Source: a virus (Duplodnaviria; Caudoviricetes). From it: DNA of 31,392 nucleotides. Positions within the stretch are counted from its first letter, which is position 1. The number at the start of each line of letters is the position of its first letter. The position numbers and the translations under genes are program-made. The DNA lies in IMG/VR virus record IMGVR_UViG_3300020457_000047, positions 1-31,392 of that record, one strand, 5' to 3'. The notes under the pieces were generated by a model that worked only from the letters and a program-made list of their open reading frames with translations, was not told where the DNA came from and ran no database searches. This document shows positions 1 to 8,106 of the stretch, one piece after another.

Positions 1-2237
1 GTACTATCTTTGTCTTCAATTTGTTTCATTGCTGTTTCGGCTTGTGCGTTAGACTCTTCTAACTGACTTGCACTAACAGGAATGGTGTCTGCAATTGCAC
101 CGCCTGCCTTTTTACCTAAGAAACTGCCTCCGAAAAATCCTACAGCACCACCTATTATTCCTCCTACTGCTGCTCCTACAGGACCAAGTAATGCTCCAGC
201 TGCTGCTCCAGCTGCTGCTCCTCCTAATGCTCCGGCAGCTCCACCAGTACCTTCACCTATTGCCTCACCTTTTGCTATTTGTTCTTCTTCTGCTGTTAAT
301 TGTCCGGCATCAGCCATTGCCTCAGCGTCTCTACTTCCAGATACTGCTGTATAAATTCCTGCTCCTACACCTAATATAGCTGCTGCTGGACCACCAAATC
401 TAGCTGCGCCTTTAAGTAATCCTTTTGCTCCTTTAGCAAATCTTCCACCTTTACCTTTGCCTTTGCCTTTCTTCTTACCGCCTCCGCCAACGGGTGGAAT
501 GATTCCTCCACCGCCATCGCCACCACCACCCATGGCTGCAGTTTGTTCTAATTGTTCTAAGACTTTTTGTAATGTTGCTTCTGTTGCTAGTTTGTCAGTA
601 TCTTTAGATACGCCTGTTCTTCCAGATACTAATTTTTCTCTTTTACTTTGTTGTGGTGCAGCTCCTGTACCAGCAGCTTCTTGAGGTGCAGCTTCTTGAG
701 ATGTTACTACAACATCACCATCATCTTTAGGTGCCATGTCATATGATTCTCTAAATTTTTTCTGTAGTCTATCCTCTAATTTTTCAGGCGGTTTTGCAAT
801 ACCTAATCCTTCATCACCTTGCATCCTTGCAATTGCATCTGTTTGACTTTCTATTTCAAACCCTTGTTGTACATCTTCTTGGAATTGTAGTCTGCCTTGT
901 AGTCCTGATATATTAGCAAGACTTCTTTTACCGCCGGTTCCTGCTTTACCGAAGAATCTATCTGCTCCAAATGCCTCACCTATTGCTTTCTTTGAGAAAA
1001 GATTTGTTCCTGCATTTACACCAAAGAAATCTGTTTTAATTCCTGTTCCTAAATTTTTTAAAAATCCGCCTTGAGTTTTATCTGCTACTTTATCAAGTCC
1101 TAGTTTATCTGCTAGTTCGTCACCACCTGTTCTTCTTAATTTTTCAATGCCTCGCATTACATCTTCTTTTTTGCCTTTGCCTTTTTGCAGGTTTTCAAAA
1201 GCTGCTGTTAATTCTGATAAACTTCCTTGTGCTTTCTCATTCTCATCTAATGCTTTTTGTATATCTGCTGCGTTAGCTCCTATGTTTTTAGAAAGTTCTG
1301 CTGCTCCCTCAGAGGCTCTAAACTGTGCACCTTCTCTTGTTGTGCCTATTAAGCCTTGTGATATTCTAACATCTTCTGCTAACGCTTTAACAGGGTCTGT
1401 GGCTGTAAATTTGTTTGTGTCGGCATCTCTAAATTTGGCAGTTCCTGTTGAATAATTTCCTGCCCTTACAATATTTTTACCACCTATTCTTAATTGTTCA
1501 CCTTCTTTAAATGTAAGTGTTCCACCTTCATTTTTAAATTGTCCATCTAGTTCGTCTTTTGTTATTTTTTGTTTGTTTAAACTTTTGTCAGTAGTTTTTA
1601 CATTGCCTTGTAAACCAAAAACATCAGTTACATTTCTTTCTCTTTTTAATGCAGCCTGATCTCTTTCAAATTGTGCTGCGTAGTCGGCGTCTGACATACC
1701 AAATCCAGCACGCTTTTCTCTTGTGTCTAGTTTTCTACCAGATCCAGATATTGTAGTTTTATCTGCAGTCTTTTTAATTTGTTCACTATCTGCTGCTAGT
1801 TTAGAATCTGTTTGTGCGCTTGCTGTTTGTGTATCGGATACAGTTTTTTGTATATTATCTAATCCGTCTAGTTTTTTTAAGATCTGTTGGTTTTGTTCTA
1901 GTATAAGTTCTCGAGCTACTTTTGCACCGGTATTATGTTTTCTTTGACCTGCATTGTCTTCTTTTAATTTCTCCAGAGATAACTTTGTCCTTTCTTGTGA
2001 TTTCCTTTCACTATTAAACATAACGACTTCTTTAGCAATTTGAAGTGCATTAGCTTTTTTGTTAGATTTAGCATCTTCTTTTAAGATGTCTGTAGCTTCT
2101 GATGTTTCGTCATGTCTTTCATTTAGAGCTCTTTCAAGCTCTTTCATTTCTTTAGACGAAGCTATATCCGTATCTTTCGGATCTAACTCCTGCATCTGCT
2201 TTAATATTTCTTCTAACTTCTTATCTTGTTCCGGCAT
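1..2237 (-). CDS. Probable tail tape measure protein (gp29-position analogue), 3' end beyond the window start, >745 aa
   Basis: Absent from the ORF track, consistent with no stop inside the window. ATG at 2237 (MPEQDKKLEEILKQMQELDPKD...) is in the same frame as the open reading at the window edge (...LEESNAQAETAMKQIEDKDS). I checked both ends but not every internal codon. Charged helical N-terminus and a Gly/Ala zipper (GGAAGALGGAAAGAAAGALLGPVGAAVGGIIGGAVGFFGG) near 100-400. Lies directly downstream of gp26/gp51. Confidence 0.7.
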   Translation of the reverse strand, partial: MPEQDKKLEEILKQMQELDPKDTDIASSKEMKELERALNERHDETSEATDILKEDAKSNKKANALQIAKEVVMFNSERKSQERTKLSLEKLKEDNAGQRKHNTGAKVARELILEQNQQILKKLDGLDNIQKTVSDTQTASAQTDSKLAADSEQIKKTADKTTISGSGRKLDTREKRAGFGMSDADYAAQFERDQAALKRERNVTDVFGLQGNVKTTDKSLNKQKITKDELDGQFKNEGGTLTFKEGEQLRIGGKNIVRAGNYSTGTAKFRDADTNKFTATDPVKALAEDVRISQGLIGTTREGAQFRASEGAAELSKNIGANAADIQKALDENEKAQGSLSELTAAFENLQKGKGKKEDVMRGIEKLRRTGGDELADKLGLDKVADKTQGGFLKNLGTGIKTDFFGVNAGTNLFSKKAIGEAFGADRFFGKAGTGGKRSLANISGLQGRLQFQEDVQQGFEIESQTDAIARMQGDEGLGIAKPPEKLEDRLQKKFRESYDMAPKDDGDVVVTSQEAAPQEAAGTGAAPQQSKREKLVSGRTGVSKDTDKLATEATLQKVLEQLEQTAAMGGGGDGGGGIIPPVGGGGKKKGKGKGKGGRFAKGAKGLLKGAARFGGPAAAILGVGAGIYTAVSGSRDAEAMADAGQLTAEEEQIAKGEAIGEGTGGAAGALGGAAAGAAAGALLGPVGAAVGGIIGGAVGFFGGSFLGKKAGGAIADTIPVSASQLEESNAQAETAMKQIEDKDS

Positions 2238-2240
2238 TTT

Positions 2241-2444
2241 TTATCCGCCCCATTTTTTGTTATCCGCTCTTTCCTTAGCCTTCTCGGCTTTCTGTTTTAG
2301 ATGTAGAATTAGCATGTTGACATATACTTCCCTTTCCCAAGGCATCATGTTCTCTAGCTCTGTCAGACTATATTGATGCTCTTGCATTAACAAAAAGTTT
2401 GTCTTGTAATAGTTTCCAAGACTCTCCTGAGAAAGGACTAGGCG
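2241..2444 (-). CDS. gp51: gp51-like baseplate hub assembly protein, probably expressed as a -1 frameshift extension of gp26 (first in-frame ATG only at 2387)
   Basis: Hand translation gives RLVLSQESLGNYYKTNFLLMQEHQYSLTELENMMPWEREVYVNMLILHLKQKAEKAKERADNKKWGG*. NYYKTNF..MQ.H.YSLTE.ENMMPWERE.Y is the pattern I recognise from short gp51 ORFs of marine T4-like phages. Stop TAA at 2243-2241. Confidence 0.85.
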   Translation of the reverse strand, partial: RLVLSQESLGNYYKTNFLLMQEHQYSLTELENMMPWEREVYVNMLILHLKQKAEKAKERADNKKWGG

Positions 2445-3130
2445 AAAAAATGTTCGTAACCATTAATATTAATCAATTGTTCTGCCTCACAATGTGGACA
2501 CTTGTAATCAATATTATGTGTTAGAACAGGTATCGCTCTAAGAAATTCTCTCATTTCACTAAATGATTCTACAGGAAGATTTTCTACAAACTCTTGTAGC
2601 TCTTCTTTTGTAACATCATCAATACTAACTTCTTCCTCTTCTGTTATGATAGATTCTATGCAGTTAGCAATAGTATCAATATCTGACTGTTTATCCTCAG
2701 CTACTACATCAAGAGCACGAGGATATCTCATTTTTATAACAAACTCTTCTCCTACTTTGACTTCATTGTCAGGTAAGGAGTCTAAACCTTTGACTGTTAA
2801 GTCTTTAAGTTCCATCTCATACTTTGTGGATTTACTACATTCTCCACAAATAAGATTGAACTCTTGTGTGCTTCCTATAGAAGCCTCTCGAATTCTTACG
2901 AATAAGTCTTGCATATCAAACATAGCCAATTTAGTAGCATCGACTTTATCGAATGTACAATTTTCTATAATTTGTCCACAAGCAGTAATCATGTCTTTGA
3001 ATTCTTCACTTTCACTAGCCAACATAAGAATCTTTTCTTCCTTTACGAGAAAAGGTCTAAACTTTATTTTCTCTCCTGTAGAAGGAACAGTAGTTTCAAA
3101 TATTGGTGTTTCTACTTTAGGTAATGACAT
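2438..3130 (-). CDS. gp26: Baseplate hub subunit / assembly chaperone gp26
   Basis: MSLPK...VPSTGEKIKFRPFLVKEEKILMLA N-terminus, two CxxC pairs (CGEC, CPHC), C-terminal G..HFF. GGAG Shine-Dalgarno upstream. Confidence 0.9.
   Translation of the reverse strand: MSLPKVETPIFETTVPSTGEKIKFRPFLVKEEKILMLASESEEFKDMITACGQIIENCTFDKVDATKLAMFDMQDLFVRIREASIGSTQEFNLICGECSKSTKYEMELKDLTVKGLDSLPDNEVKVGEEFVIKMRYPRALDVVAEDKQSDIDTIANCIESIITEEEEVSIDDVTKEELQEFVENLPVESFSEMREFLRAIPVLTHNIDYKCPHCEAEQLININGYEHFFA
2444..2450 (-). other. Putative -1 programmed ribosomal frameshift slippery heptamer T TTT TTC
   Basis: gp26 ends CAT TTT TTC GCC TAG, an X XXY YYZ heptamer in the correct phase. The -1 frame is the gp51-like frame, which has an upstream TAA (2465-2463) and no ATG/GTG/TTG before the NYYKTNF motif. 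Confidence 0.65.
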
Positions 3131-3143
3131 ATTTTATCTCCAA

Positions 3144-3953
3144 TTAATCATCAGAATCAAACGCTGGTAAGTACTTGCCACCAGTTCTAGTAACTTGTCT
3201 AGATGTGCCAGGATTTATTTCATGGTTCTCATCATTAGGATCTTGATCATAATGGCCATCTTTACTAGGTTGAAAGAAAGTTCTTCCATCGCCATCTGTA
3301 ACCATTGTATAGCCTCCGTTGGCTGATTTGTATCCGTTAGTAAGAACCATTTTAGCTTCCATATCACTTTCGTAAGGCCCATAAACTTCTGAAGAGTCCC
3401 AATACGCTGATGATATTATTAATGTATTTCTAACAGCACTTACAGTTCCACTAGATAAAGGTACCAAGTTAATTACTTTAGGCATAGCCTCATATAAGGT
3501 CCATTGTTTTTTAACATTGTCCTGTACATCTAATGCTTTGATAGTTATTGTTGTAGTTATATCATCGGGATAACCTATTTCCTGGCTGACAGTATCAGCA
3601 CAAGCGTTTACCCAATGTTCAAAGAAACTTCTTAAGAACCAATCTGCATCTGTAAGAAATGTAAAGTTAATTTCATTTCCTAAGAAACCTACTTTTGTGT
3701 TTCTAAAGAAGGTCCAAGGACCTACATTGTATTCTTTGTTACTTAATATCATACCAGGTATTTGTACTTCTTCACAAAATAAGACAACATCTTTTGCAAG
3801 ATCAGCCGAAGAGAAATCCTTAAGATCTTCATTCTTGCTAACTAAATCTGCAATATTGAATTCTACTTCAAATCTTTCGGCACGAGCAAAACTTCTTTGT
3901 TTAAGTTCTTGCCTATACTGTTCAAAGTTTCCTAATGATTTACCTTGCGCCAC
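3144..3953 (-). CDS. Tail-tube-fold baseplate tube initiator (gp54/gp19-like)
   Basis: RFEVEF...LFCEEVQIPG...FTFLTD...FFEHW...Y...I.I..LD...LYEAMP motifs of the T4 tube fold. GTG start abuts the gp2 stop. About 80-aa C-terminal extension. Confidence 0.75.
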   Translation of the reverse strand: MAQGKSLGNFEQYRQELKQRSFARAERFEVEFNIADLVSKNEDLKDFSSADLAKDVVLFCEEVQIPGMILSNKEYNVGPWTFFRNTKVGFLGNEINFTFLTDADWFLRSFFEHWVNACADTVSQEIGYPDDITTTITIKALDVQDNVKKQWTLYEAMPKVINLVPLSSGTVSAVRNTLIISSAYWDSSEVYGPYESDMEAKMVLTNGYKSANGGYTMVTDGDGRTFFQPSKDGHYDQDPNDENHEINPGTSRQVTRTGGKYLPAFDSDD

Positions 3954-4577
3954 TTATTTTCTCCCACTTAATGCCGCTGTACTTATTGACATGCGTCGTT
4001 TTCTTTCTGGTTTTTCCATTGTGTTTCTATATACAGTTCTCTCTGTAGCTCCTACAAATTTTTGTACAGGAAGAAATATAGCTGCTTTCCAATTTTTAGG
4101 ATCTACTTCTATCATCTCTCCTGTTATATTAACTGTTAAATATTTTTTAACAGAGCCTCTAACTTCTGGGAACCTAGAAAAATTTCTTATATCTCCCCAT
4201 GCAGATCTTAATGTACTCTTATCTGTAATATTTTGCTGATCTACAGGATATATTTTATCCAACAGATTAGCTCTAAATGTAGGAGCCAGATAATGTAAAT
4301 TAATACCACTAAAGCCTTGTGGCATAGGTTCTGTAATCACTACAAGAGGAACTGTATCATAATAAGGTAAAACATCTTTCCATTTAGGATCGTAAGAAAA
4401 CATATACATTTTACCTACTTCTAATTGTCTAGCTCTTTTACCTATATCTGTACCTCGTGCCTCTTGAAATGTATTAACTCCCCTAGCATATTCACGAACA
4501 GCACGAACATACCATTGGACAGATCTGTCCATGTTATCTCCAGCTGCTTTTCGTATGTCTGCAAAAGGTGTCGCCAT
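3954..4577 (-). CDS. gp2: DNA end protector protein gp2
   Basis: GKMYMFSYDPKWKDVLPYYDTVPLV...GINLHYLAP...VKKYL...W..AIFLP.QKF motifs. Adjacent to gp4. Confidence 0.9.
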   Translation of the reverse strand: MATPFADIRKAAGDNMDRSVQWYVRAVREYARGVNTFQEARGTDIGKRARQLEVGKMYMFSYDPKWKDVLPYYDTVPLVVITEPMPQGFSGINLHYLAPTFRANLLDKIYPVDQQNITDKSTLRSAWGDIRNFSRFPEVRGSVKKYLTVNITGEMIEVDPKNWKAAIFLPVQKFVGATERTVYRNTMEKPERKRRMSISTAALSGRK

Positions 4578-4582
4578 GTAAG

Positions 4583-4590
4583 TATTTATA
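4583..4590 (-). promoter_or_regulatory. T4-type late promoter TATAAATA for gp2 and downstream genes
   Basis: Exact gp55 late-promoter consensus on the minus strand, in the gp4/gp2 gap, 5 nt before the gp2 ATG. Confidence 0.8.
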
Positions 4591-5037
4591 CTAGATACCC
4601 AATTCTTTTTCAGTAACTATCTTAAATTCCATGCCTTGAGCTTTACAAAAATCCTTTGCGTATTTCCATTTGGCCTCGTTTACTCCGTATTGTGCTATTT
4701 CTTGTAAATGTTTTTTGGTTCTACGCTTCTGAGGTGAGGGAGGTTTAGTAAATCGTTCTGGTTTTACCTCGATTAAATATTTTTTTAACTTATCTTTTTC
4801 TTGTACTTCTATATAGAAATCAACCATATACCTATGTACTTTATTGTCTAAAGGATTACGATAGGGTATTGCAATCTCTTCTGATACCCAGCCTTTTATA
4901 GAACTGTTTAGATCACACCAGTTCATAAACTTTAATTCATAACTTGATCTATAAGTTATTGCATTGAAGTCGCCAAGATACTTCGTTGGATTACGAGGAA
5001 TAAACTTTCCTTTGTATATTTCTTTGGCATAAACCAT
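4591..5037 (-). CDS. gp4: Head completion nuclease gp4
   Basis: YKGKFIPRNPTKYLGD...YRSSYELKFMNWCD...SEEIAIPY...HRYMVDF...IEVKP...NEAKW...FKIVTE (TnsA-like PD-(D/E)xK fold). Likely start is ATG 5037 (MVYAKE), not 5097. Confidence 0.92.
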   Translation of the reverse strand: MVYAKEIYKGKFIPRNPTKYLGDFNAITYRSSYELKFMNWCDLNSSIKGWVSEEIAIPYRNPLDNKVHRYMVDFYIEVQEKDKLKKYLIEVKPERFTKPPSPQKRRTKKHLQEIAQYGVNEAKWKYAKDFCKAQGMEFKIVTEKELGI

Positions 5038-5044
5038 ATAAATA
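5037..5044 (+). promoter_or_regulatory. Late promoter TATAAATA for the gp48-gp5 operon
   Basis: Exact consensus 38 nt upstream of the gp48 ATG at the strand switch. Confidence 0.8.
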
Positions 5045-5063
5045 AGAATATAAGTTAAATAAC

Positions 5064-5071
5064 TATTTATT
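5064..5071 (-). promoter_or_regulatory. Probable late promoter (AATAAATA, one mismatch) for gp4
   Basis: TATTTATT on the plus strand, about 26 nt upstream of the gp4 ATG. The AT-rich background lowers confidence. Confidence 0.5.
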
Positions 5072-5082
5072 CGGATACAAAC

Positions 5083-6201
5083 ATGGCAGCAGGACATTTC
5101 TTACACAAATACCCTCAGGAACTAGGACAAAAACAGTTTCCTCATTGTGTTAAATTTTATATAAATGCTAGGAAGATTGTAGCACAAAATAATAATCTAG
5201 AATCTAGAGACTTTACAGCGGCAGAAAGAGAGTCGTTTAATAATGAAAATAGATCCAGTTCTGAAGAATACGAAACAGCAGCAACGAAATCGGCAGCATT
5301 AGTTTCAGCTGTAGGTACTTTTGCAGCAGCAAAAGGTGTTACAGGAGAAGGTGTATCCGGTTTGATGAGAGGAGTTCAAGCAGCAGGAGGCGCAGCAGTA
5401 GGCGCAGGAATGATGAACGCTATTGCAGATAATATGGAACAAGTTAGATTATTAGATACAATATCTTTATTTGTACCTCAATCAGTCGTTGCAGGATATT
5501 CTGCAAATTGGGACGAAACAGATTTAGGGCCTCTAGCAGGTCTATTAGGTACAGGACAAGCTTCTATGGAAAACATATTATCAGGTGAAGCAGCAGAACT
5601 TGTAGGTAGGGGTTTAGTATCAGGTGCGGCAAATATACCAGCAGCAGTAGGTATTGGAGATGTAAATTTAGGTGGAATGTTTGAAGCCACAAGTAAGAAA
5701 GTAGCAAACCCATACAAAGAACAATTATTTAAATCTATGGGCTTTAGGCAGTTTTCTTTTCAGTATAACTTCTCTCCTAAAAACGAAGGTGAGGCACAAG
5801 AAGTTCAACACATTATAAAATTATTTAAAGAAAACATGCACCCTTCTGTAGACGATACAGGATTGTTTTTAATTTATCCTTCAGAATTTTCTATAGAATT
5901 TCAAATAGCAGATAATGATGGCAACTTTTCTAAAAATCACAACTTGCCTACAATATCATCTTGTGCATTAAAAAATGTTAAGGTTACATATGGTCCTGAT
6001 GGTATGTTTAACGCATTTAAAAACTCTGGCGGTATGCCAACAGAAACTACTATGGAATTACAATTTGTAGAACTAGAAACTCTTACAAGAGAAAGATTAA
6101 TGGAAATGGAACCTACACAAGAAGAAGCTAAGAAGGAAGAAAAAGAAAAAGAGGAAACTAAAAATCAACCTCAAAGAGACCCAATAGGAAGGACTATCTA
6201 A
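5083..6201 (+). CDS. gp48: Baseplate tail tube cap gp48
   Basis: ANPYKEQLFKSMGFRQFSFQYNFSPKNEGEA..V..II..FK.NMHP...YPSEF.I...CAL..V.V.Y...GMP....M.L.F.E.E motifs. Followed by gp53. Confidence 0.9.
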   Translation: MAAGHFLHKYPQELGQKQFPHCVKFYINARKIVAQNNNLESRDFTAAERESFNNENRSSSEEYETAATKSAALVSAVGTFAAAKGVTGEGVSGLMRGVQAAGGAAVGAGMMNAIADNMEQVRLLDTISLFVPQSVVAGYSANWDETDLGPLAGLLGTGQASMENILSGEAAELVGRGLVSGAANIPAAVGIGDVNLGGMFEATSKKVANPYKEQLFKSMGFRQFSFQYNFSPKNEGEAQEVQHIIKLFKENMHPSVDDTGLFLIYPSEFSIEFQIADNDGNFSKNHNLPTISSCALKNVKVTYGPDGMFNAFKNSGGMPTETTMELQFVELETLTRERLMEMEPTQEEAKKEEKEKEETKNQPQRDPIGRTI

Positions 6202-6719
6202 TGTTTTTTAAAGCACTACCCAAAATAAAATATCCAGTTCCAACTTCTGATGGAAAAATTAAAGGTAAGATTGTTACTGACATTTTTAGGCGTGTTCAGT
6301 TAGATAAATTTTTTAGTAATAGACAAACATTAGTAGATATTATTGTTGACGATAATGACACACCTGAAAGTGTTGCTTACAACTACTATGGCTCAACTCA
6401 ATATCATTGGATAGTATTGTTATCTAATAATATCGTAGATGTAGACAGAGAATGGCCTTTGTCTTATAGAAAACTTAATGCTTATGTAAAAGATAAGTAT
6501 GGAGAAAATAATTCTCAAGATGTACACCATTATGTAGATGCTACAAGAGAAGATATAATTGTAGATTGGGACGCAGGAAAATTAGCTAGTGGAGAAATAA
6601 AGGAAGTTACAAATTTTGAATATGAAAATGATTTAAATGATAAAAAGAGACAAATATTATTGTTAAATAAAAGATTCCTAAAGGACATAGTTACACAGTA
6701 TAAAAAATTGGTGAAGTAA
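6201..6719 (+). CDS. gp53: Baseplate wedge subunit gp53
   Basis: MFF..LP.I.Y...D.P.SVAYNYYGS..YHWIVLLSNNIVD...EWPL...TNFEYE..LNDKKR.I (LysM-like core). TAATG coupling to gp48. Confidence 0.92.
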   Translation: MFFKALPKIKYPVPTSDGKIKGKIVTDIFRRVQLDKFFSNRQTLVDIIVDDNDTPESVAYNYYGSTQYHWIVLLSNNIVDVDREWPLSYRKLNAYVKDKYGENNSQDVHHYVDATREDIIVDWDAGKLASGEIKEVTNFEYENDLNDKKRQILLLNKRFLKDIVTQYKKLVK

Positions 6720-6723
6720 TATT

Positions 6724-8106
6724 ATGGCGGAAACAACCGACGAACAATTAAATAAACCCGGTGATGTAAGAGTAGATGAGTTATTCATCACATTATCTAG
6801 TGGTGAAAATTATGATCTATTGCCTTTCTTTGTAGAATTAAATTTATATGAAGATATATGGAATGTTTTTCTTTCAGGAAGTATTATTTTAAAAGACGGT
6901 GTTAATTTAATTGGTGCAGGTCCTATTGCAGGTGGTGAAGGTATTACAATGAAATTAAGAACTCCTACTTATGATGATACACCTGAGAATATAATAGACA
7001 AAACATTTCAAATATTTGCTATAAAAGATAGAACTTTAAATAACGACAGAGAACAACTTTATATATTACATTTTATTTCTATAGAAGGAATGAATGATCA
7101 GGGTGTAGTATTATCCAAAAGATTTTCAGGCAACACAGCAGAGATAGCAGAAAAAATATATGCAGATTATGTAGTAGAATCTCGAAGACCTTTAGAAGGC
7201 ACAGAGCCTACAAAAATGGTTATAGGAGATTTGCCTCATGCTTCTAAAGTAAATTTTCTAGCAAACTTATGGACACCAATACAAACATTACAATTTTTAT
7301 CCAAGTATTGTAAAGGCAATAAACATATAGGTGCTGATTTTATATTTTTTGAAAGTAGTAAAATGTTTTATTATACATCAATTCAAAATCTAATAGAGGC
7401 ACAAAAAGATTTAATGTTTGATGAATACATCTATTCGCCTCCTGGTATGAAATTGCCTCACAGAGAAAGTGGAGAAACTTTTACAGGAGTCAAACTGCCT
7501 AGAGCATTTGTTACGATAGATTCCATACAAGTGCCTAGAACAATAGATATTATAAATGGACAAGATAGTGGATATTACGCTCAATCTGTAAGAGCATATG
7601 ATTTATTTACAAAGGAAAGAATAGAACAGAAGATAGATGTAAGAGAGGACTTTGATAAATTTGCTCACACAGATCCTGGAATACCTATACCAGAAGGCGT
7701 ACAAAGAAATCCTTTTGCAATGACTACAATAAAAGTTTTAAATAGTGTAAACAATATGACGCAATCATTTAACATTCCTGGTTCTTCATCAGGTAATTCA
7801 GATAATGAAAATATAATAGGCGCAAGTTTATATAGAGACAATTATTTTAATTCTTTCAAGGATTATACATTTGAAGTAAATGTTCCAGGTAGAACAGATA
7901 TAGAAGTAGGAAGAATGATTAAATTACAATATCCTTCTCCTATAACTAAAACAGAAGATATAAATCCTGATGATATATTTGACAGACAATTATCTGGTAA
8001 GTATCTAATAACAGCAATAAGACACAAAATAGATACTGTTGCACATACAATGAAAATGGAAATAGTTAAAAATGGATTACCAGAATCTATGGGAGAGCCT
8101 GAATAA
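6724..8106 (+). CDS. Baseplate hub protein (gp27-like)
   Basis: LNLYEDIW..FLSGSIIL.D N-terminus and VPG..DIEVG..I.L..P....D..LSGKYLITAIRH C-terminus typical of gp27/VgrG-N hub folds. Lies between gp53 and gp5. Confidence 0.75.
   Translation: MAETTDEQLNKPGDVRVDELFITLSSGENYDLLPFFVELNLYEDIWNVFLSGSIILKDGVNLIGAGPIAGGEGITMKLRTPTYDDTPENIIDKTFQIFAIKDRTLNNDREQLYILHFISIEGMNDQGVVLSKRFSGNTAEIAEKIYADYVVESRRPLEGTEPTKMVIGDLPHASKVNFLANLWTPIQTLQFLSKYCKGNKHIGADFIFFESSKMFYYTSIQNLIEAQKDLMFDEYIYSPPGMKLPHRESGETFTGVKLPRAFVTIDSIQVPRTIDIINGQDSGYYAQSVRAYDLFTKERIEQKIDVREDFDKFAHTDPGIPIPEGVQRNPFAMTTIKVLNSVNNMTQSFNIPGSSSGNSDNENIIGASLYRDNYFNSFKDYTFEVNVPGRTDIEVGRMIKLQYPSPITKTEDINPDDIFDRQLSGKYLITAIRHKIDTVAHTMKMEIVKNGLPESMGEPE

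Noticed and set aside
674-700. Short direct repeat GCAGCTTCTTGAG, two copies
   Set aside because: In-frame coding microduplication (QEAAPQEAA) in a linker, with no sign of a mobile-element boundary.
82-2376. Plus-strand ORFs at 82, 95, 457, 1147, 1723 and 2059 (Pro/Ala/Ser-rich)
   Set aside because: Antisense shadows of the long minus-strand tape-measure-like and gp51 frames. Their Pro runs mirror Gly codons.
2388-2428. AGGAG followed by TTG (2419) as a gp51 start
   Set aside because: That TTG is in the gp26 frame and gives a 10-codon ORF, not gp51.
2390-2440. TAG read-through or recoded stop at the end of gp26
   Set aside because: The 0 frame after TAG hits TAA after 16 codons and does not encode the gp51 motif. 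Other genes are full length in the standard code.
5038-5097. N-terminal extension of gp4 (MSCCHV...), and similarly the longer starts at 9586, 29929 and 31374
   Set aside because: They overlap neighbouring genes or promoters. Downstream starts have better Shine-Dalgarno or coupling evidence and match where family similarity begins.
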